Positions 32,956 through 33,560 of a DNA stretch of 33,560 nt are shown piece after piece. Position numbers and translations under genes: made by a program. Origin of the DNA: a virus (lineage: Duplodnaviria; Caudoviricetes); IMG/VR virus record IMGVR_UViG_3300016484_000428, positions 1 through 33,560 of that record; one strand, given 5' to 3'. The notes under the pieces are model-generated. The model saw only the letters and a list, made by a program, of their open reading frames with translations, did no database searches and was not told where the DNA came from. Every line of letters starts with the position of its first letter. Position 1 is the stretch's first letter.

Positions 32956-33436
32956 CGTCGAAGGGGTCGATCTCCCGCGCCGGCTCGACCGGCACGCGGA
33001 GCAGGCTGGCCGGGTTCAGGACCAGATCGTTCTCCAGCGCCCGCGCCTTGTCGAGCCACGACCGCAGCATCGCATCGGCCGGGTTCGCCTTCACGATCTC
33101 GCGCGTCGTCCCATCGGGCTGGCACTGCGTCGTGATGATCACCGGGGCCGACTCGCGGACGATCTGCGTCAGCCGCTGCACCTGCGCCATTGCGACGCAA
33201 TAGCGGCCCAGCGCATCGACCGACTTGTCGCTGAGCCGGCCGTCGGCGGCCAGCCTGGGGGCGTAATACCGCCAGATCTCCAGCTCAGGGCCGGTCAGAT
33301 AGGCCGGGGCGTCGGGCGGGGCCGGCATGACCGGCAGCTGGCGCGGCCCGCCTGACCGCTTGCCGGGCTTCGTCATCGACCGGCCGCTGCCGATCTCGGG
33401 CAGCCGACCGCCGCGCGCGTGTCCTCCTGATGGCAT
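32939..33436 (-). CDS. terS: Terminase small subunit, P27-family-like (module 1)
   Basis: PPDAPAYL..EIWRYYAP..DALGRYC..KANPA..LVLNPAS; GGAGG RBS. Confidence 0.85.
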   Translation of the reverse strand: MPSGGHARGGRLPEIGSGRSMTKPGKRSGGPRQLPVMPAPPDAPAYLTGPELEIWRYYAPRLAADGRLSDKSVDALGRYCVAMAQVQRLTQIVRESAPVIITTQCQPDGTTREIVKANPADAMLRSWLDKARALENDLVLNPASLLRVPVEPAREIDPFDDEPSA

Positions 33437-33462
33437 TTTTTCGCCTCCGTTCGGTGTAGTTT

Positions 33463-33491
33463 ACCCTAATTTCAGCTTCAGCCTGACGCAA
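33463..33491 (-). promoter_or_regulatory. Putative late promoter of the morphogenesis operon
   Basis: TTGCGT (33486-33491) - 17 nt - TAGGGT (33463-33468) upstream of terS. Confidence 0.4.
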
Positions 33492-33492
33492 T

Positions 33493-33530
33493 CTGTCCTA
33501 TTTTGTGGATAGACTGTCCTGTTTTGTGGA
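33493..33530. repeat. 17-bp direct repeat pair with a 21-bp period
   Basis: CTGTCCTATTTTGTGGA (33493-33509) and CTGTCCTGTTTTGTGGA (33514-33530), one mismatch. Confidence 0.8.
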
Positions 33531-33560
33531 CGTTTTGAACCGCCCGTGGTCGCGCGCACT

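Larger units (their letters stand above)
1..33560 (-). mobile_element. Tailed phage / prophage DNA (siphovirus-like morphogenesis module plus a second packaging module)
   Basis: Terminases, portals, HK97-fold capsid, tape measure, endolysin and dense, translationally coupled small ORFs all on the minus strand; no host housekeeping genes seen. Confidence 0.95.

Noticed and set aside
281-33512. Many long plus-strand ORFs (e.g. 1474-2805, 7085-8143, 27093-28790)
   Set aside because: They are antisense shadows of high-GC minus-strand genes: Arg/Pro/Ala-rich, without motifs or RBS
33493-33530. CRISPR array or DnaA boxes
   Set aside because: Only two 17-bp copies with a 4-bp gap; the DnaA-box match is 8/9 for one copy and poor for the other
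1-33560. tRNA/rRNA genes, integrase, att sites, stop-codon recoding
   Set aside because: None recognised by eye; genes are intact in the standard code and use TAG, TGA and TAA as stops

Overview
The whole 33.6 kb window is high-GC tailed-phage (Caudoviricetes) DNA, with essentially every credible gene on the minus strand. Read in the direction of transcription (33,560 to 1) it contains five blocks. (i) A complete HK97-like siphophage morphogenesis operon: terS, terL, HTH, portal, a HAD-fused prohead protease, capsid, head-tail joining genes, a glycosyltransferase inserted before the tail tube gene, a frameshifted tail chaperone, an 828-aa tape measure, tail tip and fibre. (ii) A lysis region with a holin-like protein, a GH108 endolysin and a PLA2-like protein. 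(iii) An accessory cluster: metallophosphoesterase, HEXXH protein, Nmad1/DUF1599-like, DUF4406-like and a SAM methyltransferase. (iv) A strong sigma70-type promoter opening an early-type block of small coupled genes, an SSB-like protein, a 3'-5' exonuclease, a highly structured intergenic element and two nucleases. (v) A second, unrelated packaging module: terS, Terminase_6-type terL, HNH, HTH and an SPP1/DUF4055-like portal cut by the window edge. The standout observation is two different terminase+portal sets in one co-oriented, apparently seamless gene string with no integrase, helicase or replication initiator between them. Chimeric assembly cannot be excluded from sequence alone. All functional calls come from motif recognition by eye, not database searches.
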